A stretch of DNA of 64,000 nucleotides from an uncultured Nitrospinaceae bacterium (GCA_964005815.1 CAXFSR010000023.1:32001-96000); one strand, 5' to 3'. Positions 18,373 through 28,460 are shown, counted from the stretch's first letter. Translations and numbers: made by a program. Notes: generated by a model not told the origin, from the letters alone.

Positions 18373-19245
18373 TTATATGTCCCCCCTCTTCTTGTCATTT
18401 GAATTGCTCTTTTCATTCAGCCTTATTAAAAATTCTTCGGCTAATTGCATATAAGCCATAGCACCCTGTGAATATGGATCATATGAAATCACTGGAAGTC
18501 CGTGGCTTGGCGCTTCGGCTAATTTAATGTTTCTTGGAATTTTAACCTCATACAGTAGATTAGAGACATGATTCTTAACTTCGTCTGAAACCTGTTTTGA
18601 AAGATTGGTTCTGGTGTCATACATTGTAAGAATAATACCACCAATTTTAGGATTCTTCGAAAAATCATTTGAAAGAGAAATTCTTTCAATTGTATTCATG
18701 AGACGAGCTAGTCCTTCAAGAGCAAAATATTCCGCTTGCATTGGTATTAAAAGCTCATCTGAAGCATTAAATGCATTTAACGTCAAAAAGCCAAGAGATG
18801 GAGGACAGTCAACAACAATAAGATCAAAATCATTGTGGAAAAAACTCAATATCCTTTCCAATCTTCCAATACGCTCAGGCACATCGGCTAATTCAACTTC
18901 TGCAGCTGCCAAATCCGATGTCGACGGAAAAACCATAAGCCCTTTAATATCAGTTATTTGCACAAATTTATGGCTCGGGGTCTCATCGCTGATCAATAAA
19001 TTGTATAGATTGTTTTCGCTAGAGGAAGATCCTAGAGAACTTGACGCATTTGATTGAGGATCTAAGTCAAAAAGGAGTACTTTTTTTCCTTTTTGGGCCA
19101 AACAAGCAGAGAGATTCACTGCAGTGGTAGTTTTGCCAACCCCGCCTTTTTGATTAGCAACTGCTACTACATATGCCTTTTTTGGGCCCTTGTCTTTATT
19201 GTCTATTAATCCTGAGTTCTGCCAAAATTCACGATCGCCTATCAA
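18373..19245 (-). CDS. parA: Chromosome partitioning ATPase ParA/Soj
   Basis: NQKGGVGKTT, DLDPQ, DCPPSLG, EAPSHG. Confidence 0.97.
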   Translation of the reverse strand: MIGDREFWQNSGLIDNKDKGPKKAYVVAVANQKGGVGKTTTAVNLSACLAQKGKKVLLFDLDPQSNASSSLGSSSSENNLYNLLISDETPSHKFVQITDIKGLMVFPSTSDLAAAEVELADVPERIGRLERILSFFHNDFDLIVVDCPPSLGFLTLNAFNASDELLIPMQAEYFALEGLARLMNTIERISLSNDFSKNPKIGGIILTMYDTRTNLSKQVSDEVKNHVSNLLYEVKIPRNIKLAEAPSHGLPVISYDPYSQGAMAYMQLAEEFLIRLNEKSNSNDKKRGDI

Positions 19246-19337
19246 CGAAAATCCTTTATTTTTCCTAAAAATACAAAATATAATGTTTTTGATAAGAAAA
19301 AATTAAATAAAATTACAATTCATTATAAACATATTTT

Positions 19338-19353
19338 TGTTTCACGTGGAACA
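19338..19353. promoter_or_regulatory. parS site 1
   Basis: TGTTTCACGTGGAACA matches the parS palindrome TGTTTCACGTGAAACA with one mismatch; upstream of parA. Confidence 0.92.
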
Positions 19354-19373
19354 AAAACATCTTTATTTTTTGA

Positions 19374-19389
19374 TGTTTCACGTGGAACA
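19374..19389. promoter_or_regulatory. parS site 2
   Basis: Identical TGTTTCACGTGGAACA, offset 36 bp from site 1. Confidence 0.92.
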
Positions 19390-19410
19390 TTTTAATAAAT
19401 TGAGCTTAAT

Positions 19411-21324
19411 CTAGGATGCTTGGTTTTCTTTTGAGTGCGTAGAAAGTCTTTTTAAGTAGACCTCTAAAACAGCTATGGCAGCCGGTGTTACGCCTGAAAC
19501 CCTGCTTGCCTGGCCAAGACTTTTAGGCCTGACCTTCGCCAGTCTTTGCCTTACCTCTGCCGTTAAGTGGGTAATTTTGTCGTAAGAAATTGTTTCTGGT
19601 ATGGGGACCTTGTCGGCGGATCTAAGCCTTACAACCTGTTGCTTCTCTCTTTCAAAATACTCTTTATATTTTATTTCTGCAGAAACATATCTTCTGCCTT
19701 CATTGTCGAGTGATTCCCATAAATTTTTAAGATTGGGGGCATCTGCGAAGTTTGCTTCGACTAAATCCGTCAAATTTATTTCAGGCCTCCTTAATATCTC
19801 AGAAAGCTTGTATGGTTTCTTTAGGGGAGAACTTCCCAAAGCCTCAAGGGTAGACTGGACCTGTGGACTCGGATAGATTTTTGTCGCCTCAAAATAATTA
19901 AGCATATCTGAAGTTTTTTTCTTTTTGTCTAAGAAAAAATTATAACTCTCTGAACTTACCGTTCCAGCCTTGTAGCCCATTTCGGTTAGTCTAAAATCTG
20001 CGTTGTCATGTCTCAAAAGAAGCCTGTGCTCAGCTCTACTTGTAAACATTCTGTAAGGCTCTACCGTTCCTTTTGTGACCAGGTCATCTACCAAAACTCC
20101 TAAATAGGCATCATCCCGCCCTAAAGTAAACTGGGAGTCGTTATTTGCATAAGAAGAAGCGTTTATTCCGGCTATGATACCCTGGGCTGCAGCTTCTTCG
20201 TATCCAGTAGTGCCATTAATTTGCCCTGCATGGAATAAACCATTGATTTTATTGGTCATAAGTGAATTATCAAGATCCATTGGGCAAACAAAATCATACT
20301 CAACTGCATAACCAGCCCTCATCATCTCGGCACCCTCAAGTCCTGGAATTGTTTGTATTATTTGCATTTGTATGTCCACGGGAAGGCTAGTTGAAAGTCC
20401 GTTGACATAAATTTCACACGTCCTTAATCCTTCTGGTTCTAAAAAGATTTGATGTGAGGATTTCCCTTCAAACCTCATAACTTTATCTTCGATGCTGGGA
20501 CAATACCTAACCCCAGTTGCGCTAATTTGACCATTATACATGGGAGATCTGTCTATGTTTTCCCTTATTATAGAGTGAGTAGACTCATTGGTGTAAGTTA
20601 TCCAACAGGGCAATTGATCCTGAAGCAATTCTTTTGTTCGAAAAGAAAATGGGAGAGGTGGGTTGTCGCCGGGCTGAACATCAAGCCCTTTAAAATCAAT
20701 GGTTTTTGAGTCTAGCCTAGGCGGGGTTCCTGTTTTCATTCTTTCAATTTTAAAACCAAGATCGATCAACTGATCAGAAAATTCACTAGAAGAGCCTTCT
20801 CCCGCTCTTCCTCCCTCAATTTGTTTTTTTCCATAGTGCAATAGACCTCTTGTAAAAGTCCCCGGAGTTAATACAACAGCGGCAGCATATATTAGTTCGC
20901 CAAACTGTGTTTCAATTCCAGCAATCCGATCGTTTTTTATTACAATTTTTTTTAACATGCCCTGTTTTAAAACAAGGTTTTTCTGGTTTTCAACAAAATG
21001 CTTCATATATAATCGATATTCTTGTTTATCAGCTTGAGCTCTAAGGGCTTGAACAGCCGGACCCTTTTTTGTGTTTAGCATCCTGAATTGAATTCCTGTT
21101 TTGTCTATGGCTTGGCCCATCTCTCCCCCAAGGGCATCTATTTCCCTAACTAGAACCCCCTTAGCAAGACCCCCTATTGCGGGATTGCAAGACATAAGGC
21201 CAACAGTGTCAAGATTCATTGATAAAAGAAGAACGCTTGAACCTTTTCTGGCCGAAGCCAAAGCCGCTTCGCATCCGGCATGTCCAGCACCAACGACAAT
21301 TACGTCAAAATTATTTTTGTCCAT
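19411..21324 (-). CDS. mnmG: tRNA uridine-5-carboxymethylaminomethyl modification enzyme MnmG (GidA)
   Basis: GAGHAGCEAA, MSCNPAIGG, RYCPSIEDK, GQINGTTGYEEAAAQG. Confidence 0.98.
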   Translation of the reverse strand: MDKNNFDVIVVGAGHAGCEAALASARKGSSVLLLSMNLDTVGLMSCNPAIGGLAKGVLVREIDALGGEMGQAIDKTGIQFRMLNTKKGPAVQALRAQADKQEYRLYMKHFVENQKNLVLKQGMLKKIVIKNDRIAGIETQFGELIYAAAVVLTPGTFTRGLLHYGKKQIEGGRAGEGSSSEFSDQLIDLGFKIERMKTGTPPRLDSKTIDFKGLDVQPGDNPPLPFSFRTKELLQDQLPCWITYTNESTHSIIRENIDRSPMYNGQISATGVRYCPSIEDKVMRFEGKSSHQIFLEPEGLRTCEIYVNGLSTSLPVDIQMQIIQTIPGLEGAEMMRAGYAVEYDFVCPMDLDNSLMTNKINGLFHAGQINGTTGYEEAAAQGIIAGINASSYANNDSQFTLGRDDAYLGVLVDDLVTKGTVEPYRMFTSRAEHRLLLRHDNADFRLTEMGYKAGTVSSESYNFFLDKKKKTSDMLNYFEATKIYPSPQVQSTLEALGSSPLKKPYKLSEILRRPEINLTDLVEANFADAPNLKNLWESLDNEGRRYVSAEIKYKEYFEREKQQVVRLRSADKVPIPETISYDKITHLTAEVRQRLAKVRPKSLGQASRVSGVTPAAIAVLEVYLKRLSTHSKENQAS

Positions 21325-21370
21325 TTGAGCCTTAAATTATTAATAAAATTTGACTTATATCTATAACAGA

Positions 21371-22819
21371 TTATTTTCCAATACAAAACTCTGAAAAAAT
21401 CTTATCTAAAAGCGACTCTCCGTAACTTTTTCCAAGGATTTCAGAAAAAGCAGCGCTCGAATCATTCAGGTGAACAGCTACAAGTTCTGGGGAATAGGCT
21501 TTTTGGCATAAAACAAAAGCTTCTTTGAGAGAATGTCTTGCCTTGTTGACTAGATTTTTATGCCTTTCGTTTGTCAAAATTGTACGCATTATATTTCCTC
21601 CCTGCAGACTCTCTCCTGTTAAAATCTCAAAAACAGACTTTTTGAGCAAACCAAATCCTTTTTTTTGGAGCGCCGAAATTGAAACCTTCTCGACACCACG
21701 GATTAATTCCCCGGAAAGACAAGAAGAAACAAGATCTGTTTTGTTGAGCACAATTAATTTATTCGTTTCTAATTTCTTTGCTTCGTGCTGCGCCCATTCA
21801 AATTCACTCTTTCCCTTGCTTGAATCTAAAACTAAAAGGCAAAGATCAGCCGTTTGCGCAGCATCATATGCTCTTTTCGCTCCTTCTTTTTCTATAGGAT
21901 CCTGGGTATCTCTAAGACCCGCAGTATCAATAAATCGGACGGGTATCCCATTTACGTCACAGACCTCTTCAATAGTATCTCTTGTTGTTCCAGGGATGTC
22001 GCTAGTAATTGATCTTTCCTCTCCCAGCAAATTATTTAAGAGGGTAGATTTTCCAGCATTGGGCTTTCCTATTATAGCAACTCGAGCGCCCTCTCTTAAA
22101 ACTCTCCCGGATCTAAAAGAATCCTCCAATTCTTTTAAAGACGCCTCAGCATTCACAAAAAGAGGGGTTAGTTCTTCACCAAAAAGGGGCTTTCCTTGTA
22201 CCATAGGGCCAGCGCCCGGCTCGAACTCATCTGGAAAATCAATTGAAGCTTCTAGGTGCGCGCCTATCTCAACTATCTGTTGCCATATTTCCTCTAAACG
22301 TTCAGAAAGGTTTCCTTGTAGTTGCGAAAGAGCTATTTTTGCAGAAGCCTTTGTTTCAGAGGCAATTAGATCCGCAACTGATTCGGACTGAACCAAGTCA
22401 ACCTTTCCTTCAATAAACGCCCTTCTTGTAAACTCACCTGGGGCTGCAACTCTTGCGCCTGCCGAACATGCAGACTCTATCAAAAACTGATAAATAGCTA
22501 TGCTGCCATGACAAAACAGTTCTGCCAAATCTTCTCCTGTGTAAGAGTTCGGTTTTTCGTAAAAAACAACTTGGCCTTCGTCAAAAATTTCACCGTCAAT
22601 ATCTATAAAATTACCTAGAACGGGCGTCCTTTTTGGTAATTGCTTGGCTGAGGACTTGGAAACAAAAATTTTACTTAAAATTTGTCTTACATCAGGGCCG
22701 CTAAGCCTAACCATAGCAATTGCGCCCACTCCAACAGGAGTAGACAGGGCAACTATGGTTTCATTTGTTAGGGAAGAATTCATTTCTTTTCTCTCTAAAA
22801 ATGGCTTTTCAAAAGTCAC
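21371..22819 (-). CDS. mnmE: tRNA modification GTPase MnmE (TrmE)
   Basis: GKPNAGKS, GTTRD, DTAG, NKTD, C-terminal FCIGK. Confidence 0.97.
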   Translation of the reverse strand: MTFEKPFLERKEMNSSLTNETIVALSTPVGVGAIAMVRLSGPDVRQILSKIFVSKSSAKQLPKRTPVLGNFIDIDGEIFDEGQVVFYEKPNSYTGEDLAELFCHGSIAIYQFLIESACSAGARVAAPGEFTRRAFIEGKVDLVQSESVADLIASETKASAKIALSQLQGNLSERLEEIWQQIVEIGAHLEASIDFPDEFEPGAGPMVQGKPLFGEELTPLFVNAEASLKELEDSFRSGRVLREGARVAIIGKPNAGKSTLLNNLLGEERSITSDIPGTTRDTIEEVCDVNGIPVRFIDTAGLRDTQDPIEKEGAKRAYDAAQTADLCLLVLDSSKGKSEFEWAQHEAKKLETNKLIVLNKTDLVSSCLSGELIRGVEKVSISALQKKGFGLLKKSVFEILTGESLQGGNIMRTILTNERHKNLVNKARHSLKEAFVLCQKAYSPELVAVHLNDSSAAFSEILGKSYGESLLDKIFSEFCIGK

Positions 22820-23581
22820 CTATGTCATGTACCGACCACCATTTATATCAAGCGTAACCCCAGTTATATATGAGGCACCGGGAGTAGACAAATACCAAAT
22901 TCCGTCAGCAATTTCTTCTGCGCCTCCTGCACGATTCATCGGAATTTCAGACAAAAGCCTAGGGAGCCTTTCCTTGTGTAGTTCAGCAACCCTTGGAGAC
23001 AAAACTACTCCTGGCGCAACCGCGTTGACAGTGATTCCATCTGGCGCAAGCTCACTCGCAAGCCTTCTTGTAAACCCCAAAACTCCGGCTTTAGCAGCAC
23101 CATAAGGCAACGAGGTCTCCACCAACCCCTCGCGAGCGGTTTGAGAAGAAACGTTAACTATTCTCCCGTATTTTGATTTTTTCATGGAAGGAACTACTTT
23201 TCTTGAACATAAGTAAACTGATTTTAGGTTCAACTCCAGAACTTCTTCCCAATGGCTTTCTTCAACGTTTTCAAAGGAGGGATTCTCAAAAAAACCACCA
23301 GCACAGTTTATTAAAATCTGTGCCGATCCTAAGTTCTTTAAAATTGAATCGAAAGTGACATTTACAGACTCTTCCTGCGTAACATTGCATTCGTAGAATT
23401 TCACGTCGATACCCCTAGAAGAAAGGTTTTGGGCAAAAGCAGCCCCTTTTTCTTTGTCCTTGTCTAGAAGAACTATCCTTGCCCCTTCATCTGCAAAGCG
23501 ATTCACGACTGCCTCTCCTATGCCCGATGCTGCTCCCGTCACAACTGCTAATTGCCCCGAAATGGAAGATCTTTTGTTCAT
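22820..23581 (-). CDS. SDR family oxidoreductase (FabG-like)
   Basis: TGAASGIG, YGAAK catalytic motif, ITGVTLDINGG. Confidence 0.92.
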   Translation of the reverse strand: MNKRSSISGQLAVVTGAASGIGEAVVNRFADEGARIVLLDKDKEKGAAFAQNLSSRGIDVKFYECNVTQEESVNVTFDSILKNLGSAQILINCAGGFFENPSFENVEESHWEEVLELNLKSVYLCSRKVVPSMKKSKYGRIVNVSSQTAREGLVETSLPYGAAKAGVLGFTRRLASELAPDGITVNAVAPGVVLSPRVAELHKERLPRLLSEIPMNRAGGAEEIADGIWYLSTPGASYITGVTLDINGGRYMT

Positions 23582-24213
23582 CGCCCCTCTCTTTTTTTTA
23601 ATTTTAAAACATTCCCTTCTATGACCCCCTTTAAACGATCGATGGATTTGGAGCCTTCCATTTTTGTTTCTCCAACAAAAAAAGTGGGGGTAGCCCTTAC
23701 TCCCAGACCCAGGCCTAAATCTCTGGATTTATTTATTCTTGCAGAACTTTCTTTTTCCTTGAGGCATTTTTCCCACTCAAACAAATCTGCGCCACTTTTT
23801 TTTGCATAGGATTTCCATAACGATTCAGGGTATCGGTCATTTCTCCACCTGCCTTGGTTTTTATATATTAGGCTGCTCATATTTTTTCTTTGGTCAAAAT
23901 TCTTTACGCATAAAACTGCTTCGGTTGCGCGGAAGGTAATTTCGGAGAGAGGAAAGGCAAGTTTTTTCACTACCACAAGGCCGTTATATTTTTTTTCAAT
24001 TTCAATAAGCGCCTCCTGCACTAAAGCACAATCGGGTCAACCATAATCAGAAAACTCTAAAACACATACTTTTTGAGGCGGGCAAATTTTCTGCACAAAA
24101 GGCTTTGGGTTATGTCGAGCACGCGTATAATAATTAATAAACCCCAACACAAAAAAAACAGCAACAGTGAAAACTATTGGGCCTTGTTTTATTTTTAAAC
24201 CAAAAAAATTCAT
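23578..24213 (-). CDS. Membrane-anchored DsbA-family thioredoxin-fold protein, predicted selenoprotein (211 aa)
   Basis: From ATG 24213: MNFFGLKIKQGPIVFTVAVFFVLGFINYY...VLEFSDYG-U-PDCALVQEAL...GVRATPTFFV. TGA 24037-24039 occupies the first position of the CxxC motif. Confidence 0.88.
24008..24022 (-). promoter_or_regulatory. Putative SECIS element of the DsbA-like gene
   Basis: AGTGC-[AGGAG]-GCGCT short stem; loop begins 19 nt after the UGA. Confidence 0.5.
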
Positions 24214-24240
24214 CGATTTTTAGCCAAATTTTTTTAAAAG

Positions 24241-25929
24241 TTACGATTCATCTTCTTGAGCAAGTTTCGGGGTTTGCACAGATCGATTCACAAAAAACTG
24301 CTGCCCGATTGAAAGAACGTTATTTACAAACCAGTAAATAACAAGCCCCGAAGGAACTGGATAGAAAATAAACATCGCGCAAAAAATTACAGGCATAAAC
24401 ATCATCATTTTTGCTTGCGAGGGATCTCCCGCCGTAGGCGTCATCTTTTGCTGAATAAACATCGAAATTCCCATCAAGACTGTATAAACATGATAGGGAT
24501 CTTGTTTCGAAAGATCGGTAATCCACCAAAAAAACGGGGCATTCCGTATTTCTATAGCAACCAAAAGCCCTTCGTATAAACCAAAAAAAATAGGCATTTG
24601 AATTAACATAGGGAGGCAGCCCATCATAGGATTCACTTTGTTTTCTTTGTATAAAGACATCAGCTGCTGGTTCATTTTGGTTTTATCGTCTTTGTATATC
24701 TCTCGTATCTGAGCCATCTTGGGCTGCAATTTTTGCATGCCCTTCATATTCTTCATGCTGAAGTGGGTAAGTGGATAAAAAATGAGCTTTATAATTATAG
24801 TCAAAAGTATTATTGCCAACCCCCAATTCATTGTCACTGCATTACAAATTCGGAGAATTGAAATAAGGGGTGAGGCAACAAAAGAAAAGATCCCATAGTC
24901 CAATGATTCCTCTAACATAACATCTAATTTCGACATGCGATGAACCTCTTTGGGCCCAGCATACAAGTCCATGGTAGCTAAAACTCTTGAGTTCTCTGAT
25001 CGCAAAGGGACTATCGCCGCATAATCATTCGCCCTGTCTTTGTTGGCCTTTAAAAGATTTATCTGCGCCCCGCCCGATCCTGTCCTTGGTACAAGAGCAG
25101 TTATAAAATATTTGGACTGTAAAGAAGTCCATTTTACATTTTTGTCATATTTTGGCTGATCATTGTCGGACTCTGGATTGTCATAAACAATATCTTTGTC
25201 CACGAAAGACATCGGCCCCTCTATAACACCCCCATAGGTGTCCCCGTCACTTCCCCCAACAGAAGGTCCAAGAGCAACTCCAAGAGCGTCTAGATTTTTT
25301 GCGTTTCGTATGAGAATGGTGGTGGGTATCCTGTAACTTCCAGCACTAAAAAACAAGGACTTTTCAACTTTCTCTTGCGCCTTTCCTTGAAGAACAAAGG
25401 AAACCTTTTGGCCGCCTTTTTTGGAATCAATCTTTATTGTTTTGCTTTCCGTTACCTCTTGGCCATTCACATAAACCTTGTAAACAGCCCGGTTTAAGAC
25501 TCCGCTGCCACTTCCCCAAAAAAACAACGGTTTTAGGTCGGAATAATATCCTTTGGCTAAATCGATAAATTTGCCCTTTTCGTCTTTGTAGTCATTGAGC
25601 TGCATCTGGACAAATCCAGCCCCATAATTTGTCAAGCCATAAACCGCATTTCCTACATCAACCTTAACAAGAATCTCTTTAAAGTTTTTTGGCAAAGATC
25701 TTTTTCTAGCATTTAAGTTTTCGGTTTTAGGTGCATGACTTTTCTTAGGCGAAACCCTAATCGCTCTGTCGGTAATAGAGCCCTTCTGCCTTGAAGACAA
25801 CTTTTGCTGCAAAGGCGCTTTGGTGCTAACATCCTTCTTCTTTGGAGGCTCTTGTGGCACAAAAAAATACTGCCACCCCAACAAAACAGCCAAAGAAAGA
25901 ACAGCGGCTAAAATAGCATTTTTTTCCAT
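24241..25929 (-). CDS. yidC: Membrane protein insertase YidC
   Basis: YAGPK, NWGLAIILLT, NPMMGCLP, QMPIF, VIYW. Confidence 0.97.
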   Translation of the reverse strand: MEKNAILAAVLSLAVLLGWQYFFVPQEPPKKKDVSTKAPLQQKLSSRQKGSITDRAIRVSPKKSHAPKTENLNARKRSLPKNFKEILVKVDVGNAVYGLTNYGAGFVQMQLNDYKDEKGKFIDLAKGYYSDLKPLFFWGSGSGVLNRAVYKVYVNGQEVTESKTIKIDSKKGGQKVSFVLQGKAQEKVEKSLFFSAGSYRIPTTILIRNAKNLDALGVALGPSVGGSDGDTYGGVIEGPMSFVDKDIVYDNPESDNDQPKYDKNVKWTSLQSKYFITALVPRTGSGGAQINLLKANKDRANDYAAIVPLRSENSRVLATMDLYAGPKEVHRMSKLDVMLEESLDYGIFSFVASPLISILRICNAVTMNWGLAIILLTIIIKLIFYPLTHFSMKNMKGMQKLQPKMAQIREIYKDDKTKMNQQLMSLYKENKVNPMMGCLPMLIQMPIFFGLYEGLLVAIEIRNAPFFWWITDLSKQDPYHVYTVLMGISMFIQQKMTPTAGDPSQAKMMMFMPVIFCAMFIFYPVPSGLVIYWFVNNVLSIGQQFFVNRSVQTPKLAQEDES

Positions 25930-25936
25930 TTTTTAT

Positions 25937-26182
25937 TTAATCCTTTAAATATTGCTTTATGGGATCATGCCCACCTTCGCAAAACGGGTTGCATCTTAAA
26001 ACCCTTCTAACGGTAAGCCAAAGAGCTCTAAAGGGGCCGAAAGTAGCAAAGGCCTGCAAGGCATACTCTGAGCAGCTAGGTGTAAACCTGCAGGTTCCTG
26101 GCAAAATAGGTGAAATTAGCAGCCGATAAAGCTTCACAAAAGAAACGAAGAAAAAGGTTAGGCCACTTAAAAAAAACTTCAC
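25937..26182 (-). CDS. yidD: Membrane protein insertion efficiency factor YidD
   Basis: CRFTPSCSEY, RCNPF, GGHDP; probable GTG start at 26182 (the ORF extends to 26278 over rnpA). Confidence 0.92.
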   Translation of the reverse strand: MKFFLSGLTFFFVSFVKLYRLLISPILPGTCRFTPSCSEYALQAFATFGPFRALWLTVRRVLRCNPFCEGGHDPIKQYLKD

Positions 26183-26186
26183 TCCT

Positions 26187-26564
26187 TTATCCCTTTTGTC
26201 TTTTATAAAAAAACAAAACATCACCAAGCTCTTTGACTGTCTCTCCAAAACTTCTTTCCGCCATTTCTCTCTTTGCAATAATTACTATGTCGAAGCCGCT
26301 TTTCAGGCCAGGAAAAATATCTTTAAAAGCTTCTCTCAAAACCCTTTTTACACGATTTCTTTTGACTGAATTTCCAACCTTTTTAGAAACGACAAGGCCC
26401 AAGCGAGTCTCCTCATGAGAGCTTCTGTGTACATAAAGAGAAAACGATCGAGACTGCAGCCTTTTCCCTTTTTTTGCGGCAACAAAATCACAAGAAGAAC
26501 GTATCCGGTGTTCAGGCGGAAATCTCAAGGGGTTTTTCCTTCTCAAACAAGAAGTTGGCATCAC
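26187..26564 (-). CDS. rnpA: Ribonuclease P protein component
   Basis: RLGLVVSKKVGNSVKRNRVKRVLRE (RNR motif). Confidence 0.95.
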   Translation of the reverse strand: MMPTSCLRRKNPLRFPPEHRIRSSCDFVAAKKGKRLQSRSFSLYVHRSSHEETRLGLVVSKKVGNSVKRNRVKRVLREAFKDIFPGLKSGFDIVIIAKREMAERSFGETVKELGDVLFFYKRQKG

Positions 26565-26567
26565 TTT

Positions 26568-26708
26568 TTAGCCAGAAACCGTTAAGCGCTTTCTTCCCTT
26601 GCCCCGTCGGCGATTAATAATAGACCTCCCACCGGTGGTTGACATCCTCTTTCTAAAACCGTGGGTCTTAATTCTTTTGTTTCTGTTTGGCTGATAAGTT
26701 CTTTTCAC
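26568..26708 (-). CDS. rpmH: 50S ribosomal protein L34 (46 aa)
   Basis: Not in the ORF track. GTG start with [55 protein letters not shown]. Confidence 0.97.
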   Translation of the reverse strand: MKRTYQPNRNKRIKTHGFRKRMSTTGGRSIINRRRGKGRKRLTVSG

Positions 26709-26925
26709 CCATCACCTCAAAAATAATTTTAATAAGAAAAACTGATGCAAAGTATCTGACAAGGGTTGCTTTTGTCAAGGAAAGTTAAACAAAACCATCT
26801 TCGCTCTATTTAAAGAAAAAGAAAAAGTTGTGGTTTGAAAATTTCTTGAGTATTTATAAAAATAACTTGTTGGTTTTTTTGTCTAAAATTGTTAGATTAA
26901 TGAGCATTAATTAAATCCTTTCACA

Positions 26926-28257
26926 GTGAAAAAAATGATAGAAGCCTGGGACAACTGTTTGCTTGAAATAAAAAAAAGCGTTTCTGAAGAAGCGTTTGAA
27001 AGGTGGTTCAAAAACACAAAACCAATATTAATAAACCAAAAAGAACTTTTTATTGAAGTGCCTGATTCTTTTTGTGCCGAAACTATTATTGTCCGTTTTT
27101 CAAAAATTATAGAAGAAGTCGTTAGCCTTGAGGATTCCATATCCGGACTCAGGTTTGTTCCCTCAAAAGTGCAAAAAAAACATCAAATTAAAGAAGAGGT
27201 TGTGCCAGAAAAACCGCCCAACAAAGCCCAAAAACCTAAGTTTTTAAATCCCAAGTATTCTTTTGGTAGTTTCGTAGTGGGAGCATCAAATGAATTTGCC
27301 CATGCCTGCAGCCTCCAAATCACCGAAGACACAACGAAAAATCTCAATCCACTTTTTATATACGGGGGGGTTGGTCTTGGCAAAACCCACCTCCTTCATG
27401 CGATAGCGCACCAGGTGTTAGAAAAAAAACAGAGAGCAAAGGTTTTTTACACGTCTTCTGAAAACTTTATAAACGATTTGATTTCGTCAATACAAAAAAA
27501 CAAAATGGTAGATTTTAGATCAAGATACAGAAAAATAGACTTTCTATTAATTGATGATATTCAATTCATAGCAGGCAAAGAAAGAACCCAAGAAGAGTTT
27601 TTTTTCACATTTAACGCGCTGCATGAGTCTGGAAAGCAAATTATAATGACTAGCGATAAAAACCCCAAAGACACCCCGGGACTAGAGGAGCGGCTAAAAG
27701 CAAGGTTTGTTTGGGGAATAATGGCTGATATTGGGCCTCCAGATTTTGAGACAAAGGTTGCGATAATCCAAAAAAAAGCTTCGGAGCTTAATTTTGATAT
27801 TAAAAAGGATGTTGCTCATTTCATAGCAGAAAAAGTTCGATCAAACATCAGAGAGCTGGAGGGGTGTCTTGTGAAGTTGGTCTTTCATTCCTCTCTTCAC
27901 GGAACAGAGATAAACATAGACGACGCAAAAGAAATACTCAAAAACACCCTTAGAGACCCACAAAAAGGAGTATCGGTCGACGAAATTCAAAAAATAGTTG
28001 CGGAGTTTTTTCAGGTTAGAGTTTTAGATCTTAAATCAAAAAACAGGGCCAGAATATTTGCCGAACCAAGGCAAATCGCAATGTATCTTTCAAGAAAGTT
28101 TTCTTCGGCTTCAACTACAGAGATAGGAACAAGGTTTGGCGGCAAAGATCATTCAACAGTCATACACTCAACAAACAAAATAACAAAACAAATAAAAGAA
28201 AACACCGCGATCGCCTCAACCGTAAACTCTTTAATTGAAAAAATAGAAACATTGTGA
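26926..28257 (+). CDS. dnaA: Chromosomal replication initiator DnaA
   Basis: NPLFIYGGVGLGKTHL, LIDDIQF, NIRELEG, FGGKDHSTV. Confidence 0.98.
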   Translation: MKKMIEAWDNCLLEIKKSVSEEAFERWFKNTKPILINQKELFIEVPDSFCAETIIVRFSKIIEEVVSLEDSISGLRFVPSKVQKKHQIKEEVVPEKPPNKAQKPKFLNPKYSFGSFVVGASNEFAHACSLQITEDTTKNLNPLFIYGGVGLGKTHLLHAIAHQVLEKKQRAKVFYTSSENFINDLISSIQKNKMVDFRSRYRKIDFLLIDDIQFIAGKERTQEEFFFTFNALHESGKQIIMTSDKNPKDTPGLEERLKARFVWGIMADIGPPDFETKVAIIQKKASELNFDIKKDVAHFIAEKVRSNIRELEGCLVKLVFHSSLHGTEINIDDAKEILKNTLRDPQKGVSVDEIQKIVAEFFQVRVLDLKSKNRARIFAEPRQIAMYLSRKFSSASTTEIGTRFGGKDHSTVIHSTNKITKQIKENTAIASTVNSLIEKIETL

Positions 28258-28460
28258 ATAAGATGTGTTTTTTTGTGCGCAAGTGTTTAAAAAACACAAA
28301 AACCACAGACTTATTAACAGTATAAACAACATATTAACAAAAAAACAGCCCCTATTTTTTTGTTAAACAATTGATATGCTTGGCTTATTATAGTTTTCAA
28401 CAAAACAAACAGCACTACTACTGCTACTATATATATATATTATTACTAATAAATAATAGA
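28253..28460. other. Probable replication origin (oriC) with DnaA-box-like 9-mers, DnaA-trios and an AT-rich unwinding element
   Basis: TGTGAATAA (28253-28261), TTATTAACA (28311), ATATTAACA (28331), TTTTCAACA (28394); then CTACTACTGCTACTA trios (from about 28415) and an (AT)n run. Confidence 0.8.

Noticed and set aside
19338..19389. Two 16-bp direct repeats as a mini-CRISPR or IS end
   Set aside because: They match the parS palindrome, sit beside parAB, and no cas or transposase genes are nearby.
21525..22391. 288-aa plus-strand ORF and other long antisense ORFs (31010..31759, 42344..42886, 18605..19057, 22644..23105)
   Set aside because: They lie opposite well-conserved genes (mnmE, gyrB, iscS, parA, SDR) and show no recognisable motifs; they are shadow ORFs.
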